Assembly: GCA_031364805.1 (NCBI GenBank)
Contig: JANLWW010000179.1
Coordinates: 3,159 to 67,158, forward strand
Source of the DNA: Acidobacteriota bacterium
GTDB lineage: Bacteria; Acidobacteriota; Vicinamibacteria; Vicinamibacterales; UBA2999
Direction of reading: 5' to 3'
DNA: 64,000 nt
The position numbers and the translations under genes are program-made. The first letter of the stretch is position 1; every line of letters starts with the position of its first letter. Positions 29,162 through 38,845 of this stretch are shown piece after piece. The notes beneath the pieces were generated by a model. It did no database searches. It saw only the letters and a program-made list of their open reading frames with translations, and had not been told where the DNA came from.

Positions 29162-31222
29162 ATGCGTTCTCTCGCCACCGTCATCGTTCTCGCCGGCGTT
29201 GCCGCATGCAGTGGCGCGCCCGGTCCGCCAACACCCCAGGCCCGGGTCAACATTCTGCTCATCACGCTGGATACGGTGCGCGCGGATCGGCTTGGGCAGG
29301 GGTTTACGCCGACCCTTGATGGGCTGGCCGCGCAGGGGCTCCGTTTCGTGGCGGCGCGCAGTGTGGCGCCGCTCACGTTGCCCGCGCATGCCTCGATCCT
29401 GACCGGACAATTGCCGCCCGTGCATGGGGTGCGTCTGAACGGCGCAGCTCGATTGAATGGGGTGACGACGCTGGCGGCGCACTTGAAAGGCGCAGGCTAC
29501 CAGACTCGCGCCGTTGTTGGCGCGTTCGTGCTCGATCGCCGATTTGGTCTCGACACCGGATTCGACGACTACGACGATCGCATCGCGCGCGATCCCGCCG
29601 CCACCGACACGTTGCAGGCGGAGCGGCCGGCCAACGCCGTGGTGGAGGGGGCGATCGCGCAGTTGTCCGCCACCGCCGACACGTCGCCCTGGCTGATGTG
29701 GGTGCATCTCTACGACGCGCATGCGCCGTACCTGCCCCCGGCGGCGGCGCGGGCGCGCGCCGGCGGCGATGGCTACAACGGGGAGATCGCGTTCGTTGAC
29801 AGCGAGGTTGCCAGGTTGCTGGCCGCGGTCGGGGCCCGACCGGATGCCGCGCGAACCGCGGTCATGGTCGTCGGCGATCACGGCGAGAGCCTGACCGAGC
29901 ACGGTGAGCCGACGCACGGCATGCTCGTGTTCGAGCCGTCACTGCGGGTCCCGCTGATGGTTCGCGCCCCTGGCGTGGCGTCGGCCGAGCGCCACGATCC
30001 GGCGAGCCTGATCGATGTGCTGCCGACGGCCTTGTCGCTGGCGGGCGTTCCGTTACCGGCGTTGCCCGGCCGGAGCCTGCTCGGCCAGCCGTCCGTCGAC
30101 ATCGAGAGTTACGCCGAGAGCGAGTATCCGCGCCTCGCCGGCTGGGCGCCGACGCGCGCCCTGATTCGCGATCGATGGAAGCTGGTCATGGCCGACCGTC
30201 CGGTGTTGTTCGACCTCGCTGCCGATCCCGGCGAACAGCACGACGTCTCACCCGCGCAGCCCTCGCTCGCGCGAGCCATGTCGGCACGCCTCGACGCGAT
30301 CCGCGACACCGCCGTCGAACGCGCGACCGCCGCCACACCGGCGGCGGTGCCGGCCGAAACCGCCAGCCGCCTCCGGTCGCTCGGTTACCTGGCGCCGAGC
30401 GCCGCGCCACCGGTGCGCGGTGCGACCGGGGAGGTGAACCCAGCCACGGCGATCGGCGCGTGGGCGAAGTTCGAGGCCGCGTTGGCCGAGGTGAACGCCG
30501 GTCGAGCGACGCCGGCGCTGCCCGCGCTGAAGGCCGTCGCCGCTCAGTATCCCGACTCGGCGATTTTTGAAGCCGCCTACGCGCGGGCGCTGGCATCGAC
30601 TGGCCGGTCGAGCGAGGCCCTCACACGGTTTCGCCGAGCCGTCACCCGATGGCCTGCCGACTGGTCCCTCTATCACGAGCTGGCCGTCGTGGCCCGGGAC
30701 GCGGGGCTTGCCGGCGAGGCCATGCGGGCCGAGGAAGCCGCGCTGGTGCTCGCTCCCCAAGAGCCGTCTGTGCTGAATGGCAAGGGTCTGCTCCTCGCCG
30801 ATGCCGGCCGGCACGGTGACGCCGCGCGCGCGTTCGAAGCGGCCACCACCGGTGACCCCACCAATGCCGTGTACCACGCGAATCTCGGTAACGCCCGTCG
30901 CGCCGGTGGCGATCTTGAGGGCGCGGCGGCCGCCTATCGCCGCGCGCTGGACCGCGCGCCCGATCTCGCCGACGCCGCCAATGGCCTGGGCGTGGTGCTG
31001 GTGCAGCAGAACCGTCCGGCCGACGCCGTGCGCTGGCTGGAACTGGCCGCCCGTGACGCCACGTTTATTGAAGCGCAACTCAATCTCGGCATCGCGCTGC
31101 AACAAGCAGGCGATGGTGCACGGGCCAGGATCCAGTATCAGAAGATAGTGTCGGCGTCCGGACCGCATGTCCGTGAACGCCAGGCGGCGCGTGCGCTGCT
31201 GGCGCAGTTGGAGAAGCCGTGA
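29162..31222 (+). CDS. sulfatase-like hydrolase/transferase (Thr-nucleophile type) fused to TPR repeats, probable lipoprotein
   Basis: MRSLATVIVLAGVAACSG. ILLITLDTVRADRLG; PLTLPAHASILTG in place of C/S-x-P-x-R; VVGDHGES. C-terminal half of about 250 aa contains TPR repeats. Confidence 0.8.
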   Translation: MRSLATVIVLAGVAACSGAPGPPTPQARVNILLITLDTVRADRLGQGFTPTLDGLAAQGLRFVAARSVAPLTLPAHASILTGQLPPVHGVRLNGAARLNGVTTLAAHLKGAGYQTRAVVGAFVLDRRFGLDTGFDDYDDRIARDPAATDTLQAERPANAVVEGAIAQLSATADTSPWLMWVHLYDAHAPYLPPAAARARAGGDGYNGEIAFVDSEVARLLAAVGARPDAARTAVMVVGDHGESLTEHGEPTHGMLVFEPSLRVPLMVRAPGVASAERHDPASLIDVLPTALSLAGVPLPALPGRSLLGQPSVDIESYAESEYPRLAGWAPTRALIRDRWKLVMADRPVLFDLAADPGEQHDVSPAQPSLARAMSARLDAIRDTAVERATAATPAAVPAETASRLRSLGYLAPSAAPPVRGATGEVNPATAIGAWAKFEAALAEVNAGRATPALPALKAVAAQYPDSAIFEAAYARALASTGRSSEALTRFRRAVTRWPADWSLYHELAVVARDAGLAGEAMRAEEAALVLAPQEPSVLNGKGLLLADAGRHGDAARAFEAATTGDPTNAVYHANLGNARRAGGDLEGAAAAYRRALDRAPDLADAANGLGVVLVQQNRPADAVRWLELAARDATFIEAQLNLGIALQQAGDGARARIQYQKIVSASGPHVRERQAARALLAQLEKP

Positions 31223-33045
31223 CGTCACGCGCGCTCGCCGTGATCATGATGGTGCTCGCGGCCGGGTGCAGGGCTCCCGCCCCGATCGCGAAGAGCGTGC
31301 TCGTCATTACCATCGATACGCTCCGCGCCGACCACGTGGGCGCCTACGGTGCGCCGGGGGCCAGAACCCCCACACTTGACACGCTCGCACGCGAAGGCGC
31401 GCGCTTCGATCGGGCGTGGGCGCCCACGCCCATCACCCTGCCCTCGCACGCCAGCCTGTTCACCGGGCGCTACCCGCCCAGCCACGGCGCCCGCCATAAC
31501 GGCATGGCAGTCGAGCAGAGCATTCCGACACTGGCCACTCTGTTCAAGACTGCCGGTTTTGCCACCGCGGCGTTCGTGTCGGCGTTTCCGCTCGACCGGC
31601 GGTTTGGTCTGGCTCGCGGTTTCGACGTCTACGACGACACGTTGCCGCGCATGGCCGATGGCCGCCCACTCAACGAGAGGCCAGGGGCCGACACGGTGGA
31701 TCGCGCGCTGGCCTGGCTGCAACTGCATCGTGACGAGCGTTTCTTCCTGTGGGTGCATCTCTTCGAGCCGCACGCGCCGTACGGCAACCCTGGGGCTGAG
31801 ACCGCGGTCCAGACGCGCTACGACGATGAGATCGCGGTCGCGGATCGCGAGGCCGGCCGGCTGCTCGCTGCGCTGGGTCCGACGGCATCTTCCACGCTGG
31901 TGGTGGCCACCGCCGACCACGGTGAGGCATTCGGCGAGCACGGGGAGATCGGCCACAGCGTGTTCGTCTACGACACTACGCTGCGTGTGCCGCTGATGCT
32001 GCGTGGTCCCGGTGTTCCTCCTGGCGTCGTCGCGCGCCACGACGTGTCGCTAGTGGACGTGGCGCCGACGTTGGCTGCGCTGACCGGCATCTCGTCCATG
32101 CAGACGGATGGGCTGTCACTGGCCGGCCTGCTCGCCGGCCAGCGGCTCGCCGCGCGTCAGCTGTATGCCGAGTCGTTCGCGCCCCTGCTGGATTTCGGAT
32201 GGGCTAGCCTTCGGGCGGTTCGCGACGGCCGCTGGAAGTACATCGCGGCCCCGAAGCCGGAGCTGTACGACACCGAACGGGATCACGCGGAAAGCGCCAA
32301 TCGCGTCCGGGAGGCTCCCGAGGAAGCGACGCGCCTTGATGCGCGAGTCGCGAGCTGGAGCGGGGCAGAACTGGCCGGCGACGGCCACGTCGGCGCCGAA
32401 GCGAGCGCCAGACTGCGTTCACTTGGCTACCTGTCGGGCGCCTCGGCCCGCGCGCCGGCGGGGCCGAGGCCAGACCCCAAGGACCGCATCGTCATCGCGT
32501 CACAGATGGCCACAGTCACGTCTGGAGAGGTGACGGGTGATCGTTTAATCGCCACTCTCGAAGTCGTGCTTCGCGACGACCCTCAGAATCCCCAGGCGCA
32601 CCTGAGATTGGGATTCGCCGAGGTCGAGCGCGATCGATGTGCCCAGGCCGAACCGCACTTCGTGGCGGCGTTGAGAGCGGGGGTGCCGTCCGCCGACGCG
32701 GGACTCGGCCTGGCGGGATGCCGGGGCCGGCGCGGCGATCTGAAGGGCGCGGCGGGCGCGCTGGAAGCGGCTCGACAAGCCGAGCCGGGCAACCCCGTGG
32801 TGACCGCCAATATCGGCATTCTTGCTATGCAGGAAGGACGGCTCGCTGATGCCATTCGAGAATTGCGGGCGGCCCTGCTCGTCGAGCCACGGCTTCAAGA
32901 AGCCCGGTTCGTGCTGGCGCGCGCGCTCGCCCGGTCAGGCGACCGAGAGGGCGCCGCCTCAGAAGCCGGCAACCTGTTGAATCAAATGACTTCTGAGGCT
33001 CCGCAACGCGCCGAAGTCGAGCGTTTTTTGCTCGCCGTCAAGTGA
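31219..33045 (+). CDS. sulfatase-like hydrolase/transferase (Thr-nucleophile type) fused to TPR repeats, probable lipoprotein (paralog)
   Basis: GTG 31219 overlaps the upstream stop (GTGA). MTSRALAVIMMVLAAGC. VLVITIDTLRADHVG; PITLPSHASLFTG; ATADHGEA. C-terminal TPR repeats. Confidence 0.8.
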   Translation: MTSRALAVIMMVLAAGCRAPAPIAKSVLVITIDTLRADHVGAYGAPGARTPTLDTLAREGARFDRAWAPTPITLPSHASLFTGRYPPSHGARHNGMAVEQSIPTLATLFKTAGFATAAFVSAFPLDRRFGLARGFDVYDDTLPRMADGRPLNERPGADTVDRALAWLQLHRDERFFLWVHLFEPHAPYGNPGAETAVQTRYDDEIAVADREAGRLLAALGPTASSTLVVATADHGEAFGEHGEIGHSVFVYDTTLRVPLMLRGPGVPPGVVARHDVSLVDVAPTLAALTGISSMQTDGLSLAGLLAGQRLAARQLYAESFAPLLDFGWASLRAVRDGRWKYIAAPKPELYDTERDHAESANRVREAPEEATRLDARVASWSGAELAGDGHVGAEASARLRSLGYLSGASARAPAGPRPDPKDRIVIASQMATVTSGEVTGDRLIATLEVVLRDDPQNPQAHLRLGFAEVERDRCAQAEPHFVAALRAGVPSADAGLGLAGCRGRRGDLKGAAGALEAARQAEPGNPVVTANIGILAMQEGRLADAIRELRAALLVEPRLQEARFVLARALARSGDREGAASEAGNLLNQMTSEAPQRAEVERFLLAVK

Positions 33046-33151
33046 CCAGCTGCATTTCGTCACCGCGGTTTACCTGTGACGAATCGCACACGACTGGTCT
33101 TCCTGACCCAAACCATTGAAACCAAAGGGTGTTATCGCCCGTGGCGGCTGC

Positions 33152-33192
33152 TTGACAGGGGCCCATGACCAATGTTGAGATGGACGGTCATG
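33152..33192 (+). promoter_or_regulatory. candidate promoter/operator upstream of receptor 2
   Basis: Perfect -35 TTGACA at 33152-33157. TGtTGAGAT (extended -10-like) lies about 18 nt downstream. A 7-bp inverted repeat CATGACC (33164-33170) / GGTCATG (33186-33192) straddles it. Confidence 0.25.
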
Positions 33193-33230
33193 AATTGCTC
33201 GTCTGTATTGCTTTCCCCAAGGAGTTAGTT

Positions 33231-36152
33231 ATGCGATTAACACGGCTTGCCGTGTGTCTGGTGGCGCTTGGCGCGTTCTCAAGCGTCGCGGCGTCGGCAC
33301 AACAAACAACCGGCACCATTCTGGGCCGGGTTCTCGATGCGCAGAATGCCGCCATTCCAGGGGCCACGGTCTCCGCGACCAGCCCCTCCACCGGGTTTGC
33401 CCGGACGGTCGTGTCCGACGCCGAAGGCGCGTTTCGCCTGAACGCGCTGCCGGTGGGGCAGTACGACATCCTCGTGGAGCTCGGGGGCTTCGCGTCGGTG
33501 GATCGCAAGGGCATCACAATCAACGTCGGCCAGACGCTCACTGTCGACTTTGAGCTGAAGGTCGCGAATCTGGCGGAGACCATCACCGTCACCGGTGCCG
33601 CGCCGCTGATTGAGTCCACGGTCTCGTCGGTGGGCGGCATCGTCGACATCGGCCGCATCGAGAGCCTGCCGCTGAACGGCCGGCAGTTCGCCAATCTGGC
33701 GGCCACGTTGCCCGGCGTCGGTCTGGGCAACCACTCCGACCCGACCAAGAGCACGCAGTATTCGCCGCAAATCAACGGCGGCAACGGCCGCAACGTGAAC
33801 TATCAGATCGATGGCGGCGACAACAACGACGACACCGTCGGCGGGCTGCTGCAGCTGTTTCCGCTCGAGGCGATTCAGGAGTTCAATTTCGTGACGTCGC
33901 GCGCCAAGGCCGAGAACGGCCGCAGCAACGGCGGCGTGATGAACATCGTGACCAAGAGCGGCACCAACGACCTGCACGGCAGTTTCTTCACGCTGCTGCG
34001 TGACGACAAGATGAACGGGATCACGACGACCGAGAAGAACAACAATGCGCCCAAGGGCGACTACCGCCGCTACCAGTACGGTGGCAGCTTTGGCGGCCCC
34101 ATTGTCCAAAACAAGCTGCACTACTTCGGCGCCGTGGAGCGGACGCAGCAGGACACCTTTCAGGTGGTGTCGACCAAGGGCCTGTTCCCGAATCTCGACG
34201 GCACATTCGCCACGCCCTATCGGGAGACGCTGCTGAACGTCAAGGTGACGGCCAACGTCAGTGCCAACCAGTACCTGTCGGTGCGGTACGGCCGCAACCA
34301 GAACTCTCAGCCGTACGGCGCGACCGCCAACCGGACGCCGAACGCCTGGGGCAACAGCACCAACGCGTTCAATTCGGTGAACCTGAACCACAACTGGGTG
34401 ATCGCCGGCTCCAAGCTGAACGAGTTCATCTTTCAGTACGCCGATTTCGCCAACAACATCACGGCCAACAGCAGCGACCCGTATCGCATCTTCCCGAATG
34501 GCGTGGCCGTGGGGCAGAGCCCGAATACACCGCAGACTACCGAACAGAAGAAGTGGCAGTTCCGCGACGACTTCTCGTGGCACCTCACGGGTAAGGGCGG
34601 CGTCGGCCACGACCTGAAGGCCGGGGTCAACTTCATCAACGAGCCGCGTCTCTTCATCACGTTCAATTCGGGCAAGGGCGTGCCGCAGCATACGTATCTG
34701 ACGGACGATGTCAACGGCGCCATCTCGAACGTGACGATCAACGACGGCGATGCGTCGGCGAACATCCCGCTCAAGCAGTATGCCTTCTATCTGCAGGACG
34801 ACTGGAGCGTCACCGATCGGCTGACCATCAATGCCGGCTTGCGCTACGACTTAATCAAGGGGTTCCAGTTCGATCAGTCGCTCAACCCCAACTACGTGAT
34901 CATGCAGAACGCCGGCAAGGCCGGGCTGCTGACGGGCATCAAGGGCCTCGAGAACTTCGGGCAGGATCCGAAGGACGACACCAACAACTGGCAGCCGCGC
35001 GCCGGTTTCGCCTACGACGTGCGGGGCAATGGCCGCGACGTGATTCGTGGCGGCTGGGGCATCTACATGGACATGGCTTACACCAACTCGAACGCACTGT
35101 TCGCCGCGAGCGATGCCACGGGCAAGGGCTTCGGCCCGGTGCTGTCGGTCGACAACCAGGCCGGCATTCGCAACCCCGACGGCACGCTCTATCGCGCCGG
35201 GCAGCCCCTGACGAACATCGCCAGCCAGAACCAGTCGAATCCCAACGTGAAGCCGCTGTTCGGCCAGTTCACGGATCCCCTGCTGCAGATGCCGTACACG
35301 ATCCAGACCTCGGTCGGCTGGTCGCACGAACTGGCGCAAAACACCGTGTTTACGGTGGACGTCGTTCGCGCCGACGGACGCGACCTGAACGTTCGCCCGC
35401 GCATCAACACGCGGATCATCCCGAACGGCGCTCGCCGGCTGGCGTTTCTGGGCCTCAACCCCAACGCCATCGGCACGCGGCCGGCGATCAGCCGCGGCGA
35501 AAGCAAATACACCGCGCTCATCACCGGCGTCAAGCGCCGCCTGACGAACAACTTCGACTACTCGGCGACCTACACTCTCGCCGAGGCGCGCAGCCAGATT
35601 GGCACGGCCGCCGACGAGCTGAATGCCAACCTGCTGCAGGATGCGACCCTGCTCTACGACGACCCGAGGGTCTACGGTCCCACCTCCCGCACCGATGCCC
35701 GGCATTCGGGTGCGATGGCCGTGGTCTGGATCTTCAAGGGCTTCACGGTTGCGCCGACCTACTTCTACCGGTCGCCGCTGCCGGTGCAGACCATTCAGGG
35801 TCGTGACGCGAACCTGAACGGCGAGAACAACGACCTGCCGCTGCGGGCCTTCAAGTTCACGGGCATCGGCGAGGCGCCCGAGGACATTGGCCCATGCGAG
35901 ACCTGGAACTGCAGCCGGGGCGCCTGGCGCACGCAGATGAACCTGCGGGTGTCGAAGAGCTTCAACCTGATGGGCCGCGCTCGAATCGAGGCCATTGGCG
36001 AGATGTTCAACGTCCTCAACGCGAAGAACCCGGCCCTGACGATCGTGAACAACCAGACCAGCGCGTTGTTCATGCAGCCCAACGCCTACGCGGGCGACTT
36101 CCAGCAGCCTGAGCAGCGCGTCGGACAGATCGGGTTCCGCTTCTCGTTCTAA
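33231..36152 (+). CDS. TonB-dependent receptor-like outer-membrane protein with carboxypeptidase-regulatory-like domain (Oar-type), paralog 2
   Basis: ATG 33231 preceded by AAGGAG. Signal peptide MRLTRLAVCLVALGAFSSVAASA. GTILGRVLDAQNAAIPGATVSA...GAFRLNALPVGQYDI, then a long barrel ending GFRFSF. Confidence 0.85.
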   Translation: MRLTRLAVCLVALGAFSSVAASAQQTTGTILGRVLDAQNAAIPGATVSATSPSTGFARTVVSDAEGAFRLNALPVGQYDILVELGGFASVDRKGITINVGQTLTVDFELKVANLAETITVTGAAPLIESTVSSVGGIVDIGRIESLPLNGRQFANLAATLPGVGLGNHSDPTKSTQYSPQINGGNGRNVNYQIDGGDNNDDTVGGLLQLFPLEAIQEFNFVTSRAKAENGRSNGGVMNIVTKSGTNDLHGSFFTLLRDDKMNGITTTEKNNNAPKGDYRRYQYGGSFGGPIVQNKLHYFGAVERTQQDTFQVVSTKGLFPNLDGTFATPYRETLLNVKVTANVSANQYLSVRYGRNQNSQPYGATANRTPNAWGNSTNAFNSVNLNHNWVIAGSKLNEFIFQYADFANNITANSSDPYRIFPNGVAVGQSPNTPQTTEQKKWQFRDDFSWHLTGKGGVGHDLKAGVNFINEPRLFITFNSGKGVPQHTYLTDDVNGAISNVTINDGDASANIPLKQYAFYLQDDWSVTDRLTINAGLRYDLIKGFQFDQSLNPNYVIMQNAGKAGLLTGIKGLENFGQDPKDDTNNWQPRAGFAYDVRGNGRDVIRGGWGIYMDMAYTNSNALFAASDATGKGFGPVLSVDNQAGIRNPDGTLYRAGQPLTNIASQNQSNPNVKPLFGQFTDPLLQMPYTIQTSVGWSHELAQNTVFTVDVVRADGRDLNVRPRINTRIIPNGARRLAFLGLNPNAIGTRPAISRGESKYTALITGVKRRLTNNFDYSATYTLAEARSQIGTAADELNANLLQDATLLYDDPRVYGPTSRTDARHSGAMAVVWIFKGFTVAPTYFYRSPLPVQTIQGRDANLNGENNDLPLRAFKFTGIGEAPEDIGPCETWNCSRGAWRTQMNLRVSKSFNLMGRARIEAIGEMFNVLNAKNPALTIVNNQTSALFMQPNAYAGDFQQPEQRVGQIGFRFSF

Positions 36153-36173
36153 CGGCCATTAACCGACATCGGG

Positions 36174-36201
36174 GGGCGCGGCGAAATTTTTCGCCGCGCC
36201 C
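36174..36201. terminator. bidirectional rho-independent terminator between convergent genes
   Basis: GGGCGCGGCGAAA-TT-TTTCGCCGCGCCC is an almost perfect 13-bp palindromic stem with A/T runs on both sides. It lies between the receptor stop (36152) and the tauE stop (36227). Confidence 0.65.
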
Positions 36202-36226
36202 TTCGTCTGTGCGCCGCGTTCCCACC

Positions 36227-37015
36227 TCACACCACGGCGCCGAGCATGGTGAGCCCAATGGCCAGCAGCACGACGCCCAAGGTAAACCTCAGCACCGCGT
36301 GGGGAACCCGTGAAGCCACTGCTGCGCCGAGCAGAGCCGCGGGAATGGACCCGGCTACCAGGTTGCCCAGCAGGGTGACGTCGACCTGGCCGACCGCCAG
36401 ATATCCCGCGCCGGCACACAGCGCGAGTGGAATCGCGTGGGCGATATCGGCCGCCACCAGTCGCGGAGTCGTCAGCCGCGAGCCATGGAGATAAACAAGA
36501 AAGACGACGCCGAGCGCACCCGCGCCGATGGACGTCAAGGTCACGAGGCCGCCGAGCGCGGCGCCTGCCATCACCGTGGCAACGGTGCTCCCGGTCGCTC
36601 CCGACGGCGGTGCGGTTGCCGTCACGCGGCCGGCACGCGCGCGCAGCGGCTTGTCCGCCAGCAAGCCGGCCGAGGTCAGGCAGACCGCCACGGCTACGGC
36701 AGCCTTGACCCACGTCACGCTACCCTCGTCGATCGGGCGGGTGGTCATCCAGAGCATCGTCAGTGCCGACGCCGGCAGGCTGCCCATCCACAAGTGCCGA
36801 ACCACGGGCCACTCAATCAGCCCGTGTCGCAGGTGCAGTCCCGAAACGGCCAGCTTGGTGATGGCGGCGAACCAGAGATCGGTGCCGACCGCCGTGAGCG
36901 GCGCAGTGCCGAACGCCAGCAGCAGGATCGGCGTCATGAGCGCGCCACCGCCGACGCCGGTCATGCCGACTACAAATCCCGTGAAGGCGCCGGCCGCGAC
37001 GTAGGGCCAGTCCAT
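36227..37015 (-). CDS. TauE/SafE family sulfite/organosulfonate exporter-like membrane protein
   Basis: MDWPYVAAGAFTGFVVGMTGVGGGALMTPILLLAFG and a repeated second half are typical of TauE/SafE. Start lies 3 nt after the cysNC stop. Confidence 0.85.
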   Translation of the reverse strand: MDWPYVAAGAFTGFVVGMTGVGGGALMTPILLLAFGTAPLTAVGTDLWFAAITKLAVSGLHLRHGLIEWPVVRHLWMGSLPASALTMLWMTTRPIDEGSVTWVKAAVAVAVCLTSAGLLADKPLRARAGRVTATAPPSGATGSTVATVMAGAALGGLVTLTSIGAGALGVVFLVYLHGSRLTTPRLVAADIAHAIPLALCAGAGYLAVGQVDVTLLGNLVAGSIPAALLGAAVASRVPHAVLRFTLGVVLLAIGLTMLGAVV

Positions 37016-37018
37016 TGG

Positions 37019-38845
37019 CTACGGCAGCCGCGCGAACACCTGCTCCGCACACTCCTCGGGCGAGCGCCCCGACGTGAGCAGGTGCACCTCTGGTGATTCC
37101 GGTCGTTCGTAGGGACTGTCAATGCCGGTGAAGTTGGGCAGGGCGCCGCTACGCGCCTTGGCATAGAGGCCCTTGGGGTCGCGCGCTTCGCACGCCTCGA
37201 TCGGCGTGTCCACGAACACCTCCAGGAACTCGCCCTCCGCAAACAGGCTGCGGGCGAACCGCCGCTCGGCCCGAAAGGGCGAGATGAAGGCCACCAATAC
37301 GATCAGCCCGGCATCCACCATCAACCGCGACACCTCGGCCACACGGCGGATGTTCTCGGCGCGGTCGGCCTCGGTGAAGCCCAGGTCGCGATTGAGCCCA
37401 TGTCGAACGTTGTCGCCGTCCAGCAGGTAGGTGTGCCGGCCTTCAGCAAACAGCCGCTGCTCCAGTCGATTGGCAATCGACGACTTGCACGAACCCGAAA
37501 GGCCGGTGAACCACACGCAGCCCGCTCGCTGGTGCTTCAAGGCCGCGCGCGACGGTGGCGAGACATCGAGAGCCTGCCAGTGCACGTTCGACGCGCGCCG
37601 CAGCGCGAACTCGATCATTCCGGCGCCCACGGTTTCGAATGTCAGGGGGTCGATCAGGATGAAGCCGCCGAGCGTGCGGTTAACCGCGTAGGGTTCAAAC
37701 ACCAGCGGCTGCACGGTCGAGAGATGAACCAGGCCGATCTCGTTCAGCGCCAACGTTCTGGCCGCGAGCAGGGCATCGCTCCCAACGTCGATCCGATGCT
37801 TGATGCTGGTGACCGACGCCCGCACCTCCTTCGCATGCATCTTCAGCAGATACGAGCGGCCCGGGATCAACTCGTGCGATCCCATCCACAGCAGCCTGGC
37901 CTCGAACTGGTCGGCCACCGGCGTCGGCGCCGCGCTGGCGGCGATCACGTCGCCGCGGCTGACGTCCACTTCGTCTGCCAGGGTCACCGTGACGGAATCG
38001 CCTGGCGCCGCGCTGGCGCGGTCGCCTTCCCACGCGACGATCCGCGTGACGTGCGTCTCCACGCCAGAGGGGAGCACGCGCACGTGGTCGCCCCGATGTA
38101 CCACCCCGGCCGACACCCGGCCGGCGAACCCGCGAAAATCCGGTCCGGGACGGTTGATCCACTGCACCGGCATCCGGAACGGCCCTGATGCGGGCGGACC
38201 GCCCGCATCCACGGTCTCGAGGTATCCCATCACGGTGGGGCCGTCATACCAGGGCATGCGCGGACTCGGCGCCACGAGGTGGTCGCCCGCCAACGCCGAG
38301 ATCGGAATCGCCGTGACGTCGACAATGCCGCACGAGGCCGCGAACGGCGGGTAGTCGTCCACGATCGCATCGAAGTTGTCCCTGGAGTAATCAACGAGGT
38401 CCATCTTGTTGACCGCCAGCAGCACCTGGCGGATGCCCATCATCGCGACGATGCGGGTGTGGCGCCTGGTCTGGGTGAGCACGCCCTTGCGGGCGTCGAC
38501 CAGGATCACCGCCAGGTCGGCGGTGGAGGCGCCGGTGGCCATGTTGCGCGTGTACTGCTCGTGTCCTGGCGTGTCGGCGACGATGAAGCGACGCGCCGGC
38601 GTGGCAAAGAATCGGTAGGCCACGTCGATGGTGATGCCTTGTTCGCGCTCGGCCTGCAAGCCGTCCACCAGCAGGGCAAAGTCGAGGCGCTCGCCTTGGG
38701 TGCCGAACTTGCGCGAGTCGGCGGCGAGTGCGCGCAACTGATCGTCGAACACCGCCCGCGAATCGTGCAGCAGCCGCCCAATCAGCGTCGACTTGCCATC
38801 GTCCACGCTCCCGCACGTGATGAAACGCAGCAGCGAGGCGCTCAA
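37019..38845 (-). CDS. cysNC: bifunctional sulfate adenylyltransferase subunit 1 / adenylylsulfate kinase (CysN-CysC fusion, NodQ-like)
   Basis: GTPase G1 motif [16 protein letters not shown], plus DTPGHEQY and NKMD. C-terminal APS-kinase domain [15 protein letters not shown]...[11 protein letters not shown]. Confidence 0.9.
   Translation of the reverse strand: MSASLLRFITCGSVDDGKSTLIGRLLHDSRAVFDDQLRALAADSRKFGTQGERLDFALLVDGLQAEREQGITIDVAYRFFATPARRFIVADTPGHEQYTRNMATGASTADLAVILVDARKGVLTQTRRHTRIVAMMGIRQVLLAVNKMDLVDYSRDNFDAIVDDYPPFAASCGIVDVTAIPISALAGDHLVAPSPRMPWYDGPTVMGYLETVDAGGPPASGPFRMPVQWINRPGPDFRGFAGRVSAGVVHRGDHVRVLPSGVETHVTRIVAWEGDRASAAPGDSVTVTLADEVDVSRGDVIAASAAPTPVADQFEARLLWMGSHELIPGRSYLLKMHAKEVRASVTSIKHRIDVGSDALLAARTLALNEIGLVHLSTVQPLVFEPYAVNRTLGGFILIDPLTFETVGAGMIEFALRRASNVHWQALDVSPPSRAALKHQRAGCVWFTGLSGSCKSSIANRLEQRLFAEGRHTYLLDGDNVRHGLNRDLGFTEADRAENIRRVAEVSRLMVDAGLIVLVAFISPFRAERRFARSLFAEGEFLEVFVDTPIEACEARDPKGLYAKARSGALPNFTGIDSPYERPESPEVHLLTSGRSPEECAEQVFARLP

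Noticed and set aside
33056-33083. 8-bp inverted repeat TTCGTCAC-N12-GTGACGAA just after the second sulfatase-TPR gene, as a possible terminator
   Set aside because: Short stem, 12-nt loop and no U tract. Not convincing as an intrinsic terminator.
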